Source of the DNA: an uncultured Actinomycetota bacterium
GTDB lineage: Bacteria > Actinomycetota > Actinomycetes > Propionibacteriales > Nocardioidaceae
Length of the DNA: 64,000 nt
Reading direction: 5' to 3'
Assembly: GCA_963708915.1 (NCBI GenBank)
Contig: CAVPUJ010000001.1
Span: 864,689 to 928,688 of the forward strand
The translations under genes and the position numbers were made by a program. Of the stretch, positions 53,730-62,688 are shown piece after piece; position 1 is the first letter of the stretch, and each line of letters begins with the position of its first letter. The notes under the pieces were generated by a model that worked only from the letters and a program-made list of their open reading frames with translations, did not search any database and had not been told where the DNA came from.

Positions 53730-55477
53730 TGCGTGCCGTTCCAGCTGTCCCACAGCGCGGCGTACGAGCCGCCCGCCGCGACCAGCTCGTCGTGCGTGCC
53801 GAGCTCGGAGATCTTGCCGTCCTCGACGACGGCCACCCGGTCGGCGTCGTGCGCCGAGAAGAGCCGGTGGGCGATCGCGATCACCGTGCGACCGTGCAGC
53901 ACGGCCGCCAACGAGCGCTCGAGGTGCCGGGCCGCGCGCGGGTCGATGAGGGACGTCGCCTCGTCGAGCACCAGCGTGTGCGGGTCGGCGAGCACCAGCC
54001 GGGCCAGGGCGATCTGCTGGGCCTGGGCATCGGTGAGCTGGCGGCCGCCGGACCCGACGACGGTGTCCAGCCCGTCGGGCAGCAGCTCCACCCACGTGAG
54101 GGCGTCGACGGCGTCGAGCGCCTCCCGGATGTCGTCGTCGGTGGCACCGGGCGGCGCGGCCAGGGCGAGGTTCTCGCGGAGGGTGCCGACGAACACGTGG
54201 TGCTCCTGGGTGACCAGGGCGACGTGACCGCGCAGGTCGTCCAGCGGCAGCTCGACCAGACCGACCCCGCCGACGGTGACCGAGCCCGTCCGTGGCGGAT
54301 GGATGCCGGCGAGCAGCCGCCCGAGCGTCGACTTGCCCGCACCGGACGGCCCCACCATGGCGATCCGCTCCCCCGGCTCGACCTCGAGGTCCACGCCGTG
54401 CAGGACGTCGCGGCCCTCGACGTAGGCGAACCGCACGTCGTCCACCTCGAGCCGCTCGCCCACCGGCACGCGACCCGTCGGGGTCCGGTCGTCGGGCACC
54501 ATCGCGACACCGAGCAGGCGCGCCAGCGAGGCCTGACCGACCTGGAGCTCGTCGAGGATCGAGACGATCCGGTCGACGGGGTCGATCAGCATCTGCACGT
54601 AGAGCGTCGCCGTGGTGACCTCACCGAGGGTGACCTCCCCGCGTGCGTAGAGCCAGCCGCCCAGCAACAGGGTCCCCACCGTGGGGATCAGGTAGGACAG
54701 CTCCATGCTCGGGAAGAAGACCGTCCGCAGGTACAGCGTGTAGCGCTCGGCGTCGTACGACTCGGTGATGTCGTCGTCGATCGCGGCCACGCGCTCGCCA
54801 CCGAGGCCCAGCGCCTCGACCGTGCGGGCTCCCTCGACCGTCTCGGTGAGGGTCGCGTTGAGGGAGGAGTACGACGCGCTCTCGCGGAGGTAGCCCGCCT
54901 TGGCCCGGGCGAGGTACCACCGCAGGCCGGCGACGAGCGGCGGCAGCCCGAGGAGGCACGGGAGGATCACCCACCACCCGATGCTCATCGCTGCGATGAA
55001 GGTGACCACGGCCGTGACGACCGCGATCGTCCACTCCGGCAGCGCCCAGCGCACGGACCACCCGAGCTGGTCGACGTCGCGGCTGGTGCGGGTCAGGAGG
55101 TCGCCGGAGCCGGCCGACTCGACCGTGCCCACCGGCAGCGCGAGGGCGTTGCTCACGAAGTCCTCGCGGAGCCGGGCGAGCACCTGCTCCCCCAGCGCCT
55201 GGCTGAGGAACCGCGCGTAGCGGGTCAGCACCGTCTGCAGGACCAGGAAACCCGCGAGCCACATGACGACCTGGTCGACGTAGGCCGTGGTGGTCCCCTC
55301 GTCGACCGCCTGGACCAGGTCGCCGAGCAGGCGCGGAGCGGCGAGCGCGGTCAGCGCGGCGAGCACGTGCAGGGTGAGCGAGCTCCCCAGCATCAGCGGG
55401 TACGTGCGCGCGACCTGTCGCACGTACGCCCGGAGCGTGCGGGAGTCCGCGATCGGCAGTGCCGTCGAGCTGCTCAT
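53726..55477 (-). CDS. ABC exporter half-transporter (intact Walker A/B, degenerate signature)
   Basis: TMD + GPSGAGKST, LTDAQAQQIALAR, LVLDEATS. Confidence 0.93.
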   Translation of the reverse strand: MSSSTALPIADSRTLRAYVRQVARTYPLMLGSSLTLHVLAALTALAAPRLLGDLVQAVDEGTTTAYVDQVVMWLAGFLVLQTVLTRYARFLSQALGEQVLARLREDFVSNALALPVGTVESAGSGDLLTRTSRDVDQLGWSVRWALPEWTIAVVTAVVTFIAAMSIGWWVILPCLLGLPPLVAGLRWYLARAKAGYLRESASYSSLNATLTETVEGARTVEALGLGGERVAAIDDDITESYDAERYTLYLRTVFFPSMELSYLIPTVGTLLLGGWLYARGEVTLGEVTTATLYVQMLIDPVDRIVSILDELQVGQASLARLLGVAMVPDDRTPTGRVPVGERLEVDDVRFAYVEGRDVLHGVDLEVEPGERIAMVGPSGAGKSTLGRLLAGIHPPRTGSVTVGGVGLVELPLDDLRGHVALVTQEHHVFVGTLRENLALAAPPGATDDDIREALDAVDALTWVELLPDGLDTVVGSGGRQLTDAQAQQIALARLVLADPHTLVLDEATSLIDPRAARHLERSLAAVLHGRTVIAIAHRLFSAHDADRVAVVEDGKISELGTHDELVAAGGSYAALWDSWNGTH

Positions 55478-57195
55478 GTCCGGACCACCGCCGAGGCCGC
55501 CTCGCGGGTCACCACGGCGCGGAAGTCGGCCCGCGAGCCGAGCAGCTCGCCGAAGGTCCCGACCGCGGCCACCCGGCCGTCGCTGAGGAAGGCCACCTGG
55601 TCGACCGCGTCCAGCACCAGCGGGCTGGAGCTGACGACGACGGTGGTGCGTCCGGCCCGGTGCCCGCGCAGCCGGGCGGCGATCCGGGCCTCGGTGTGGG
55701 CGTCGACGGCCGAGGTCGGCTCGACGAGCACGAGGATCTCCGGGTCGGCCGCCAGGGCTCGGGCCAGGACCAGCCGCTGCCGCTGGCCGCCGGAGAACGT
55801 GCGGCCGCGCTCGGCGACGATCGTGTCCATGCCGTCGACGAGTGCCTCGAGGATGTCCTCGGTCGAGGCCGTGGCCAAGGCGTCGTGGACCGCGCCGGTG
55901 CCCGACACGTCGAGGCGGTCGCCGAGCCGGCCGGAGAACAGCGTGGACCCGGTGTCGGAGACGACGATGCGGCGACGTACGTCCGCTCGCGGGAGCGCCG
56001 ACAGTGCGACGCCGCCCAGGGTGACCTCGTCGTCGACGACCTCGGCGCACATGCCGAGCCGGTCGGCCAGGGCGGCGGCCTCGTCTGGCCGGTCGCTGAC
56101 GATCGCCGTGACCGACCCGGGCCGCACGACCAGGCCGGTACGTGCGTCGGCGAGCACGGAGCCGGCCGGGGGCGCGGCCTCCGGCTGCAGCGGCTCGACG
56201 TGGTCGGGGGTCAACGAGAGCACGCGGCAGACACGGGCCGCGGCGACCCGGCCCCGGATGACCTTGTTGGCGTACTCGGTGGCGGTGCGCAGCGGGATCA
56301 TCAGGAACGCCGAGTAGCCGTAGAACGCGACCAGCTCACCGGCGCTGATCCGCCCCTGCACGGCGTACCTCGCTCCCAGCCAGACCACGACGACCACGAA
56401 CACGCCGGGCAGGAACACCTGCAGCCCGTCGAGCACGGACTGCAGCCGTGCGACCTCGACGCCGGCCCGCCGGGTGGTCTGCGACTCGCGTACGTAGCGG
56501 TCGTGGAAGACCTGCTCGCCGCCGATGCCACGCAGCACGCGGAGCCCGCCGACGATGTCCGAGGCGGTGTTGGAGAGGTCGCCCATCAGGTGGCGCTGGT
56601 GCGCGCTGCGTCGGTCCAGCGGCCGCAGCAGCGGCGCGATGAGGAGCATCAGCACCGGCACCCCGATGAGCACCAGGAGCCCGAGCGGCACGGACGTGGC
56701 GAGCAGGATCGCGGCGACCAGCACGAAGGAGACGACCGCGCCGGCGAACCGGGCAGAGACGTCCATGACCTGCCCGATGCTCGAGAGGTCGTTGGTACCG
56801 ATCGCGACGACCTCGCCGGTCGAGACCTTGCGGGGCAGGGTGCCGCCGAGGTGCACGGTGTGGCGGGAGACGAGCTGGACGGTCCGGTACGCCGCGGTCA
56901 GCCAGTTGGTGACCGCGAACCGGTGTCGCATGATGCCGCTGACGGCCTGGAGCAGCCCGATCGCGAGCATCACCCCGGCGTACATGAGCAGCGCCTGGGC
57001 GTCCTTGGCCGACACCCCCTGGTCGATCGCGCGACCGATCACGGCCGGCATCACGGCCTGCGCGCTCATCCAGACGATGCCGCACGCCATGCCGAGCACC
57101 AGCGTGTGCCACTGGCCCCTGGCCACCCACCACAGGAACCGGCTCGGAGACCTGACGTCCGCCGTTCCAGGATGGTCGAGAGGGAGGCGGCGCAC
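55474..57195 (-). CDS. ABC exporter half-transporter (degenerate Walker A/B, intact signature)
   Basis: TMD + FSGGQRQRLVLAR, ILVLVEPTSAVD; no GxxGxGK in the P-loop region (TAIVSDRPDEA). Confidence 0.9.
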   Translation of the reverse strand: MRRLPLDHPGTADVRSPSRFLWWVARGQWHTLVLGMACGIVWMSAQAVMPAVIGRAIDQGVSAKDAQALLMYAGVMLAIGLLQAVSGIMRHRFAVTNWLTAAYRTVQLVSRHTVHLGGTLPRKVSTGEVVAIGTNDLSSIGQVMDVSARFAGAVVSFVLVAAILLATSVPLGLLVLIGVPVLMLLIAPLLRPLDRRSAHQRHLMGDLSNTASDIVGGLRVLRGIGGEQVFHDRYVRESQTTRRAGVEVARLQSVLDGLQVFLPGVFVVVVVWLGARYAVQGRISAGELVAFYGYSAFLMIPLRTATEYANKVIRGRVAAARVCRVLSLTPDHVEPLQPEAAPPAGSVLADARTGLVVRPGSVTAIVSDRPDEAAALADRLGMCAEVVDDEVTLGGVALSALPRADVRRRIVVSDTGSTLFSGRLGDRLDVSGTGAVHDALATASTEDILEALVDGMDTIVAERGRTFSGGQRQRLVLARALAADPEILVLVEPTSAVDAHTEARIAARLRGHRAGRTTVVVSSSPLVLDAVDQVAFLSDGRVAAVGTFGELLGSRADFRAVVTREAASAVVRT

Positions 57196-57241
57196 TCCCC
57201 CGAGCCTACGGAGCGGGCGCTTCGCCAGCGAATCATTAAGT

Positions 57242-57336
57242 GGTTTCGAGGCTCGTCGCTGGCGCTCCTCGCACCTCAACCACCGAACCACTCGGTGGTT
57301 GAGGTGTGAGGGCCGCCAGGCCCGAGCCTCGAAACC
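57242..57336. repeat. REP doublet (two 44-bp inverted arms, 7-nt spacer)
   Basis: GGTTTCGAGGCTCGTCGCTGGCGCTCCTCGCACCTCAACCACCG / CGGTGGTTGAGGTGTGAGGGCCGCCAGGCCCGAGCCTCGAAACC. Confidence 0.9.
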
Positions 57337-57358
57337 ACCGTCCCCGTAAACTCGCCCG

Positions 57359-58999
57359 GTGAACGACGGCCCCCTGATCGTGCAGAGCGACAAGACCCTG
57401 TTGCTCGAGGTCGACCACGAGCAGGCAGCCGAGTGCCGCAAGGCGATCGCTCCGTTCGCGGAGCTCGAGCGCAGCCCCGAGCACATCCACACCTACCGCC
57501 TCACGCCGCTCGGGCTCTGGAACGCACGTGCCGCCGGCCACGACGCCGAGCAGGTGGTCGACACCCTGCTGACCTACAGCCGCTACGCCGTCCCGCACGC
57601 CCTGCTCGTCGACGTCGCGGAGACGATGGCGCGCTACGGGCGGCTCCGGCTCGAGAAGCACCCGGTGCACGGGCTGGTGCTGGTCTCCACCGACCGGCCG
57701 GTGCTCGAGGAGGTGCTGCGCGCCAAGCGCATCCAGGGGATGCTCGGCGAGCGGCTCGACGGGGACACCGTCGTCGTGCACGCCTCCGAGCGCGGCAACC
57801 TCAAGCAGGCGCTGCTCAAGCTCGGCTGGCCGGCCGAGGACTTCGCCGGCTACGTCGACGGCGAGGCGCACCCGATCGACCTCGACCTGACGGGGTGGTC
57901 CATGCGGCCCTACCAGCGCGAGGCGGTCGAGTCGTTCTGGCACGGCGGCTCCGGCGTCGTGGTGCTGCCGTGCGGCGCCGGCAAGACCCTGGTCGGCGCG
58001 GCCGCGATGGCCGAGGCCAAGGCGACCACGCTGATCCTCGTCACCAACACGGTCAGCGCCCGGCAGTGGAAGGACGAGCTGATCCGGCGCACCTCCCTCA
58101 CGGCCGAGGAGATCGGCGAGTACAGCGGCTCGGTCAAGGAGGTCCGGCCCGTCACCATCGCGACCTACCAGGTGATGACGACCAAGCGGAAGGGCGTCTA
58201 CTCCCACCTCGAGCTGCTCGACGCCCGCGACTGGGGCCTCATCGTCTACGACGAGGTGCACCTGCTGCCGGCCCCGATCTTCCGGATGACGGCCAACCTC
58301 CAGGCCCGCCGCCGCCTCGGCCTGACCGCGACCCTCGTGCGCGAGGACGGCCGCGAGGGCGACGTGTTCTCGCTCATCGGCCCCAAGCGGTACGACGCCC
58401 CCTGGAAGGACATCGAGTCGCAGGGCTGGATCGCCCCCGCGGACTGCGTCGAGGTCCGGGTGACCATGAGCCAGTCGGAGCGGCTCGCGTACGCGACGGC
58501 GGAGCCCGAGGAGCGCTACCGCCTCGCGTCCTGCACGCCGGCGAAGACGCGGGTCGCGGAGCTGCTGGTGCAGAAGCACGCCGGCGAACCGACCCTCGTC
58601 ATCGGGCAGTACCTCGACCAGCTCGACGAGCTGGCCGCCGACCTCGATGCGCCGGTCATCAAGGGCGAGACCCCGGTCAAGGAGCGTCAACGGCTGTTCG
58701 AGGCGTTCCGCTCGGGCGAGATCTCGCTGCTGGTGGTCTCCAAGGTGGCCAACTTCTCCATCGACCTTCCCGAGGCGGCGGTGGCCATCCAGGTGTCGGG
58801 GTCCTTCGGCTCACGCCAGGAGGAGGCCCAGCGTCTCGGCCGGCTGCTGCGCCCCAAGGCCGACGGCCGGACGGCCCGCTTCTACGCGGTGGTGGCGCGC
58901 GACAGCGTGGACGCCGACTTCGCCCAGAACCGTCAGCGGTTCCTCGCCGAGCAGGGCTACGCCTACCGGATCACCGACGCCGACGACCTCTTCGCCTGA
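57359..58999 (+). CDS. Bacterial XPB/ERCC3-like DNA helicase
   Basis: PLIVQSDKTLLLE N-terminal domain; GVVVLPCGAGKT; IVYDEVH; QRLGRLLR; TAAACT 6 nt before GTG. Confidence 0.96.
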   Translation: MNDGPLIVQSDKTLLLEVDHEQAAECRKAIAPFAELERSPEHIHTYRLTPLGLWNARAAGHDAEQVVDTLLTYSRYAVPHALLVDVAETMARYGRLRLEKHPVHGLVLVSTDRPVLEEVLRAKRIQGMLGERLDGDTVVVHASERGNLKQALLKLGWPAEDFAGYVDGEAHPIDLDLTGWSMRPYQREAVESFWHGGSGVVVLPCGAGKTLVGAAAMAEAKATTLILVTNTVSARQWKDELIRRTSLTAEEIGEYSGSVKEVRPVTIATYQVMTTKRKGVYSHLELLDARDWGLIVYDEVHLLPAPIFRMTANLQARRRLGLTATLVREDGREGDVFSLIGPKRYDAPWKDIESQGWIAPADCVEVRVTMSQSERLAYATAEPEERYRLASCTPAKTRVAELLVQKHAGEPTLVIGQYLDQLDELAADLDAPVIKGETPVKERQRLFEAFRSGEISLLVVSKVANFSIDLPEAAVAIQVSGSFGSRQEEAQRLGRLLRPKADGRTARFYAVVARDSVDADFAQNRQRFLAEQGYAYRITDADDLFA

Positions 59000-59030
59000 C
59001 TTTTCCCGGCGCTCGGTGCTCTCCCTGTCT

Positions 59031-59053
59031 AGACAGGTCGCCGCCGCCTGTCT
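59031..59053. promoter_or_regulatory. Inverted repeat AGACAGG-N9-CCTGTCT (terminator or operator)
   Basis: 7-bp arms between the XPB stop and the next gene. Confidence 0.35.
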
Positions 59054-59123
59054 CAAAAGCCGATTATGTTGACTCCTCTTGGAATGTCTCGGGCTTGCCG
59101 ATCGCGCGCACTAGGGAGATCAG

Positions 59124-60509
59124 ATGACCGTATTCGGGGGACGCCGGAAGAGCGCCCCATGGATCCTGTTGGCCGCCGTAGCGGGCTTCAGCCTCCTGGC
59201 CACGACGGCGGCCAACGCCGTCATCACCACCACCGACGACCTACCCACCCTCGCCAACGCCGTCGCCGCTCCGGGGACCATCGCTTCGGCGTCGCAGGCC
59301 CTCGACTACGTGTGCGAGGTCGACGACCCCGCCACGCCCGAGGACGAAAATGTCTGCCCGAGCGGTATCTCGGACAGCCCGATCGGCGGGTTCCCGCGTG
59401 AGGGCTCGACCTACGGCATCATCACGACCGGCAACGCGGCCCTGGCCGATGACGCCAACACCGCCGTGAACTCCGGCTACGGCTGGTTCACCAGCAACCC
59501 GGGCATGGGCAGCTCCGTCCACGACTGGAACACCTACCGCTTCGACCTGGTCGCCTCCGGTGCGACCAGCAACTGCTTGGCCTTCGACTTCCGTTTCTAC
59601 TCCGACGAGTTCCCGGAGTTCATCGGCTCGCAGTTCAACGACGCGTTCATCGCGCAGCTCGGTAGCCCGGCCATCACCGTCGACCCGGCCACGGGCCTGA
59701 TCAACGCGCCCGGCAACTTCGCAGCCGGGGCCGGCGACATGATCTCGGTCAACGAGTCGGGCCCCAGCTCGACCAGCGCGGAGGCCGCACTGGGCACGAC
59801 GTACGACGGAGCGACCACGCTGCTGACGGCGCGTGCCCCGGTGACCCCGGGTGCCACGAACTCGCTGTTCCTGACGATCTTCGACCAGGGTGACTCGGCC
59901 TACGACAGCGCGGCGTTCATCGACAACATCCGTTACGAGTCGATCGACCCGAAGAAGTGCAAGTCGATCGCGCTCGACCCCTCCGAGGGGACGATCGGTG
60001 TCACGCCGATCCCCGGGAGCAAGGTGAAGCTGTCGAAGGACCTGTCCACGCTGACCTTCCCGGTCTCCTGCGACCTGCCGCCCAGCTCGTTCTCGTGCAA
60101 CGTGAGCGGCGCTGCCGGCTTCATCCCGACGCCGGGCAGGAACACCTCGCCGCGCGACATGGCCATGCTCGCAACGACACCACTGGCGACCGGGTCGGCG
60201 ACCATCCCAGCCGACACCAACGGTGCGATCACGATGAAGACCACGAAGGCCGGTGTGAAGGCCGTCAAGGCCGCCATCAAGAAGCCGGGCAAGCTCAAGG
60301 CCCAGGCCAAGCAGCTGATCAAGAAGGCCAAGAAGCTCCGCGCCGAGGGCAAGATCGCCAAGGCCAAGAAGCTCGAGGCCAAGGCGGCCAAGCTGGTCAA
60401 GCGGGCCAAGAAGCTGGCGAAGAAGCCGCTCGGTGTCATCAAGACGACGATCACCAACCCGGCCAACGGCATCTCGCAGACCTTCAAGACCGTCCTGAAG
60501 CGTCCGTGA
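59124..60509 (+). CDS. Secreted choice-of-anchor-L-like protein with Lys/Ala-rich C-terminus
   Basis: Signal peptide (TTAANA); GIITTG; LAFDFRFYSDEFPEFIGSQFNDAF; YDGAT; IFDQGDSAYDSAAFIDN; KKAKKL-rich tail. Confidence 0.8.
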   Translation: MTVFGGRRKSAPWILLAAVAGFSLLATTAANAVITTTDDLPTLANAVAAPGTIASASQALDYVCEVDDPATPEDENVCPSGISDSPIGGFPREGSTYGIITTGNAALADDANTAVNSGYGWFTSNPGMGSSVHDWNTYRFDLVASGATSNCLAFDFRFYSDEFPEFIGSQFNDAFIAQLGSPAITVDPATGLINAPGNFAAGAGDMISVNESGPSSTSAEAALGTTYDGATTLLTARAPVTPGATNSLFLTIFDQGDSAYDSAAFIDNIRYESIDPKKCKSIALDPSEGTIGVTPIPGSKVKLSKDLSTLTFPVSCDLPPSSFSCNVSGAAGFIPTPGRNTSPRDMAMLATTPLATGSATIPADTNGAITMKTTKAGVKAVKAAIKKPGKLKAQAKQLIKKAKKLRAEGKIAKAKKLEAKAAKLVKRAKKLAKKPLGVIKTTITNPANGISQTFKTVLKRP

Positions 60510-60527
60510 CGTCCCGCTCCTAGCACC

Positions 60528-60567
60528 ACCACCGAGGGCGACCTGCAGCTGCAGGTCGCCCTTGGTA
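60528..60567. terminator. Near-perfect palindrome after the anchor-L-like gene
   Basis: ACCGAGGGCGACCTGCAG/CTGCAGGTCGCCCTTGGT. Confidence 0.7.
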
Positions 60568-60678
60568 TTGGCCCTCGTTCCGCTCGGGCTGTCCGGCGCG
60601 GCATCGGCATCGCCGCGCCGGACCTGCGTGGTGCTCGGCCCGAGCCGCGCTTGGGGTGGCACTCCGTACGCTCGGACC

Positions 60679-61593
60679 ATGACGCCGGTGACGAAGATGC
60701 GCGACCGGCTCGGTGCGGAGCTCTTCCGCCGCGTGGCCGGACCGGACGGGCCGAAGCACCGCGCGCGGATCCACGACACCCCGGGTCCGCGCTGGTTCCC
60801 CGCGGACAGCCCGATCGCGCGGGTGCACGGCGACGCCGCCATGTTCATCGGCGGCATCCGGGCCGTCCTGCTGCAGACGATGCACCCCGCCGCGATGACG
60901 GCGGTGGCCGAGCACTCCGGCTACCGGGGCGACATGTGGGGGCGGCTCGCCCGCACCAGCCGCTTCCTCGCGGTCACCACGTTCGGCACCGAGGACGACG
61001 CCCAGCAGGCCGTCGACATCGTCCGGTCCATCCACGACCGCGTGCGGGGGTCGCTGCCCGACGGCACGACCTACGACGCCTCCGACCCCCACCTGCTGCT
61101 CTGGGTGCACGTCGCCGAGGTGGAGAGCTTCCTGATGGCGCACCAGGTCTACGGCAAGCAGCCGCTCGACCAGGCCGGCCGCGACGAGTACGTCGCCCAG
61201 ACGGCCGTGGTCGCCGGCAGGCTCGGCGTCCTCGACCCGCCGACCACCGAGGCCGAGCTGACCGCCGCGGTCGAGGCCTTCCGGCCGGAGCTGGCGGCCA
61301 CCGAGCACGCCCGCGAGGCGGTCTCCTTCCTGGTCTGGCACCCGCCCCTGCCGTGGGCCGCGAGGCCCGGGTACGGCGCCCTGGTGGCCGCCGCGATCGG
61401 GCTGATGCCCGTGTGGACGCGCCGGCCGCTCCGGCTGCCGTGGTTCCCGGTCAGCGAGCGCACCGTCGTGCGCGCCCTCGGCAGCGCCGCCACGGGCACC
61501 ATCCGGTGGGCGCTGCGGCCACCGGCCCCGACCGACCCTCAGGACGCCGCGCCGGCGGCAACGAGCGCGTCGCCCAGCGCGGTGCGCCAGTAG
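60679..61593 (+). CDS. MpaB/DUF2236 oxygenase-like protein
   Basis: IARVHGDAAMFIGGIRAVLLQTMHP...GRLARTSRFL...YDASDPHLLLWVH. Confidence 0.9.
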   Translation: MTPVTKMRDRLGAELFRRVAGPDGPKHRARIHDTPGPRWFPADSPIARVHGDAAMFIGGIRAVLLQTMHPAAMTAVAEHSGYRGDMWGRLARTSRFLAVTTFGTEDDAQQAVDIVRSIHDRVRGSLPDGTTYDASDPHLLLWVHVAEVESFLMAHQVYGKQPLDQAGRDEYVAQTAVVAGRLGVLDPPTTEAELTAAVEAFRPELAATEHAREAVSFLVWHPPLPWAARPGYGALVAAAIGLMPVWTRRPLRLPWFPVSERTVVRALGSAATGTIRWALRPPAPTDPQDAAPAATSASPSAVRQ

Positions 61594-62516
61594 AGCACCT
61601 CGCGACCCGACCGGCGACGCAGCACGACGCCGGCCTCCAGCAGCACCTTCAGGTGGCCGCCGACCGAGCCGATCGCCTGGCCGCTGAGGACCGCGAGCTG
61701 AGAGGTGCTGCGCGGGGTGTCGAGCAGGGTGAGCACCTCGGCCCGGCTCGGCCCGACGAGCGGCCCGAGTCCGGCCGTGCTGGCGGCGTCGACCTGGGCC
61801 AGCCGCCCCGCGACGGGGTAGTAGAGCGCGTAGCGGTCGGCGTACCACCCGACCCAGGTGCCGTCGGTGTGCGTCGGCACGAACAGCAGGGTGCTGCCCT
61901 CCGGGAGCGTGCGCGGCGGCAGCGCGTAGCGGTTGATCCGGAGCTGGCCGTCGCCGACCCACTCGCGGTCGCGGCCGAGGTCGCGCAGCACCGTGCCCCA
62001 CCCGTGCCGGGCGAGCTGGGCGGTCCGGGAGACGATGTCGGCCCGCAGGATCCGCTCGCGACGAGCCCAGTCGGTCTCGACGGTGTGGGTCCACAGCCAG
62101 ACCACCAGCTCGACCACCAGGTCACGCACCCCGGGCCGCATCAGCGTCGGGGCGAGCGGCGCCTGGGTCGTCTCGCTCAGGTCGGCTCGTACCTCGTCGT
62201 CGGTCAACCGCCGCAGCTGGGCGAGCTCGCTCGCGAACGTCGCGTCGTCGTCCTCGGGCGGATGGCTCAGGTAGTCCCCCATCCAGCCGGCGCGACCCGG
62301 TCCGGGGTCGCGGAAGCTCGCGGCGACCAGGTCGGCGACGCCTGGCCGGCTCGCGACCCAGGCGGAGAACGCGGCGCCGTGCGCGGTGCCGAAGACCCGC
62401 TGCTCGGGCGACCGCGGCCTCGTCAGCGCCCCCAGCGCCCCGACCACCTCGGCCCGAGGCGAGATCGCGAACCGGCTCGTCGCCATCACGTCGGCGGGTA
62501 CGCGCCACACACCCAT
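61539..62516 (-). CDS. ArsR-type winged-HTH regulator with N-terminal DUF5937-like domain
   Basis: SRFAISPRAE...RERILRADI...LLFVP...ALYYP; C-terminal SRAEVLTLLDTPRSTSQLA...GGHLKVLLEAGVV. Confidence 0.88.
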   Translation of the reverse strand: MGVWRVPADVMATSRFAISPRAEVVGALGALTRPRSPEQRVFGTAHGAAFSAWVASRPGVADLVAASFRDPGPGRAGWMGDYLSHPPEDDDATFASELAQLRRLTDDEVRADLSETTQAPLAPTLMRPGVRDLVVELVVWLWTHTVETDWARRERILRADIVSRTAQLARHGWGTVLRDLGRDREWVGDGQLRINRYALPPRTLPEGSTLLFVPTHTDGTWVGWYADRYALYYPVAGRLAQVDAASTAGLGPLVGPSRAEVLTLLDTPRSTSQLAVLSGQAIGSVGGHLKVLLEAGVVLRRRSGREVLYWRTALGDALVAAGAAS

Positions 62517-62525
62517 GAGGCTCCC

Positions 62526-62622
62526 TTCGTTGGTCGAGGAGGGCGGCCACGCCCGTCACGAGACCCGGCGACCCTCCGTCCGCGGGTCTCGTGACAGGAC
62601 TTCGTCCTTCCTCGACCAGCGG
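62526..62622. repeat. REP doublet in the ArsR-MFS intergenic region
   Basis: TTCGTTGGTCGAGGAGGG...GTCACGAGACCC / GGGTCTCGTGACAGG...CCTTCCTCGACCAGCGG. Confidence 0.88.
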
Positions 62623-62628
62623 CTGATG

Positions 62629-62652
62629 ATGTTTCGTCCTCTGACGAAACAT
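62629..62652. promoter_or_regulatory. Probable operator of the divergent ArsR-type regulator
   Basis: Perfect inverted repeat ATGTTTCGTC-N4-GACGAAACAT upstream of the MFS -10 (CAGCAT). Confidence 0.7.
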
Positions 62653-62688
62653 TAGCGCGAGCGGCCGCCGCTCGGCCAGCATCGCCGC

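Noticed and set aside
50095-58999. Anti-phage defence island (helicase plus WYL)
   Set aside because: Both genes belong to a conserved actinobacterial core neighbourhood (Rv0861c/Rv0862c-like), with no nuclease, methylase or mobile-element context.
61539-61593. 55-nt convergent overlap of the MpaB-like and ArsR-type genes
   Set aside because: Short tail-to-tail overlaps with unconserved C-terminal tails are common in high-GC genomes.
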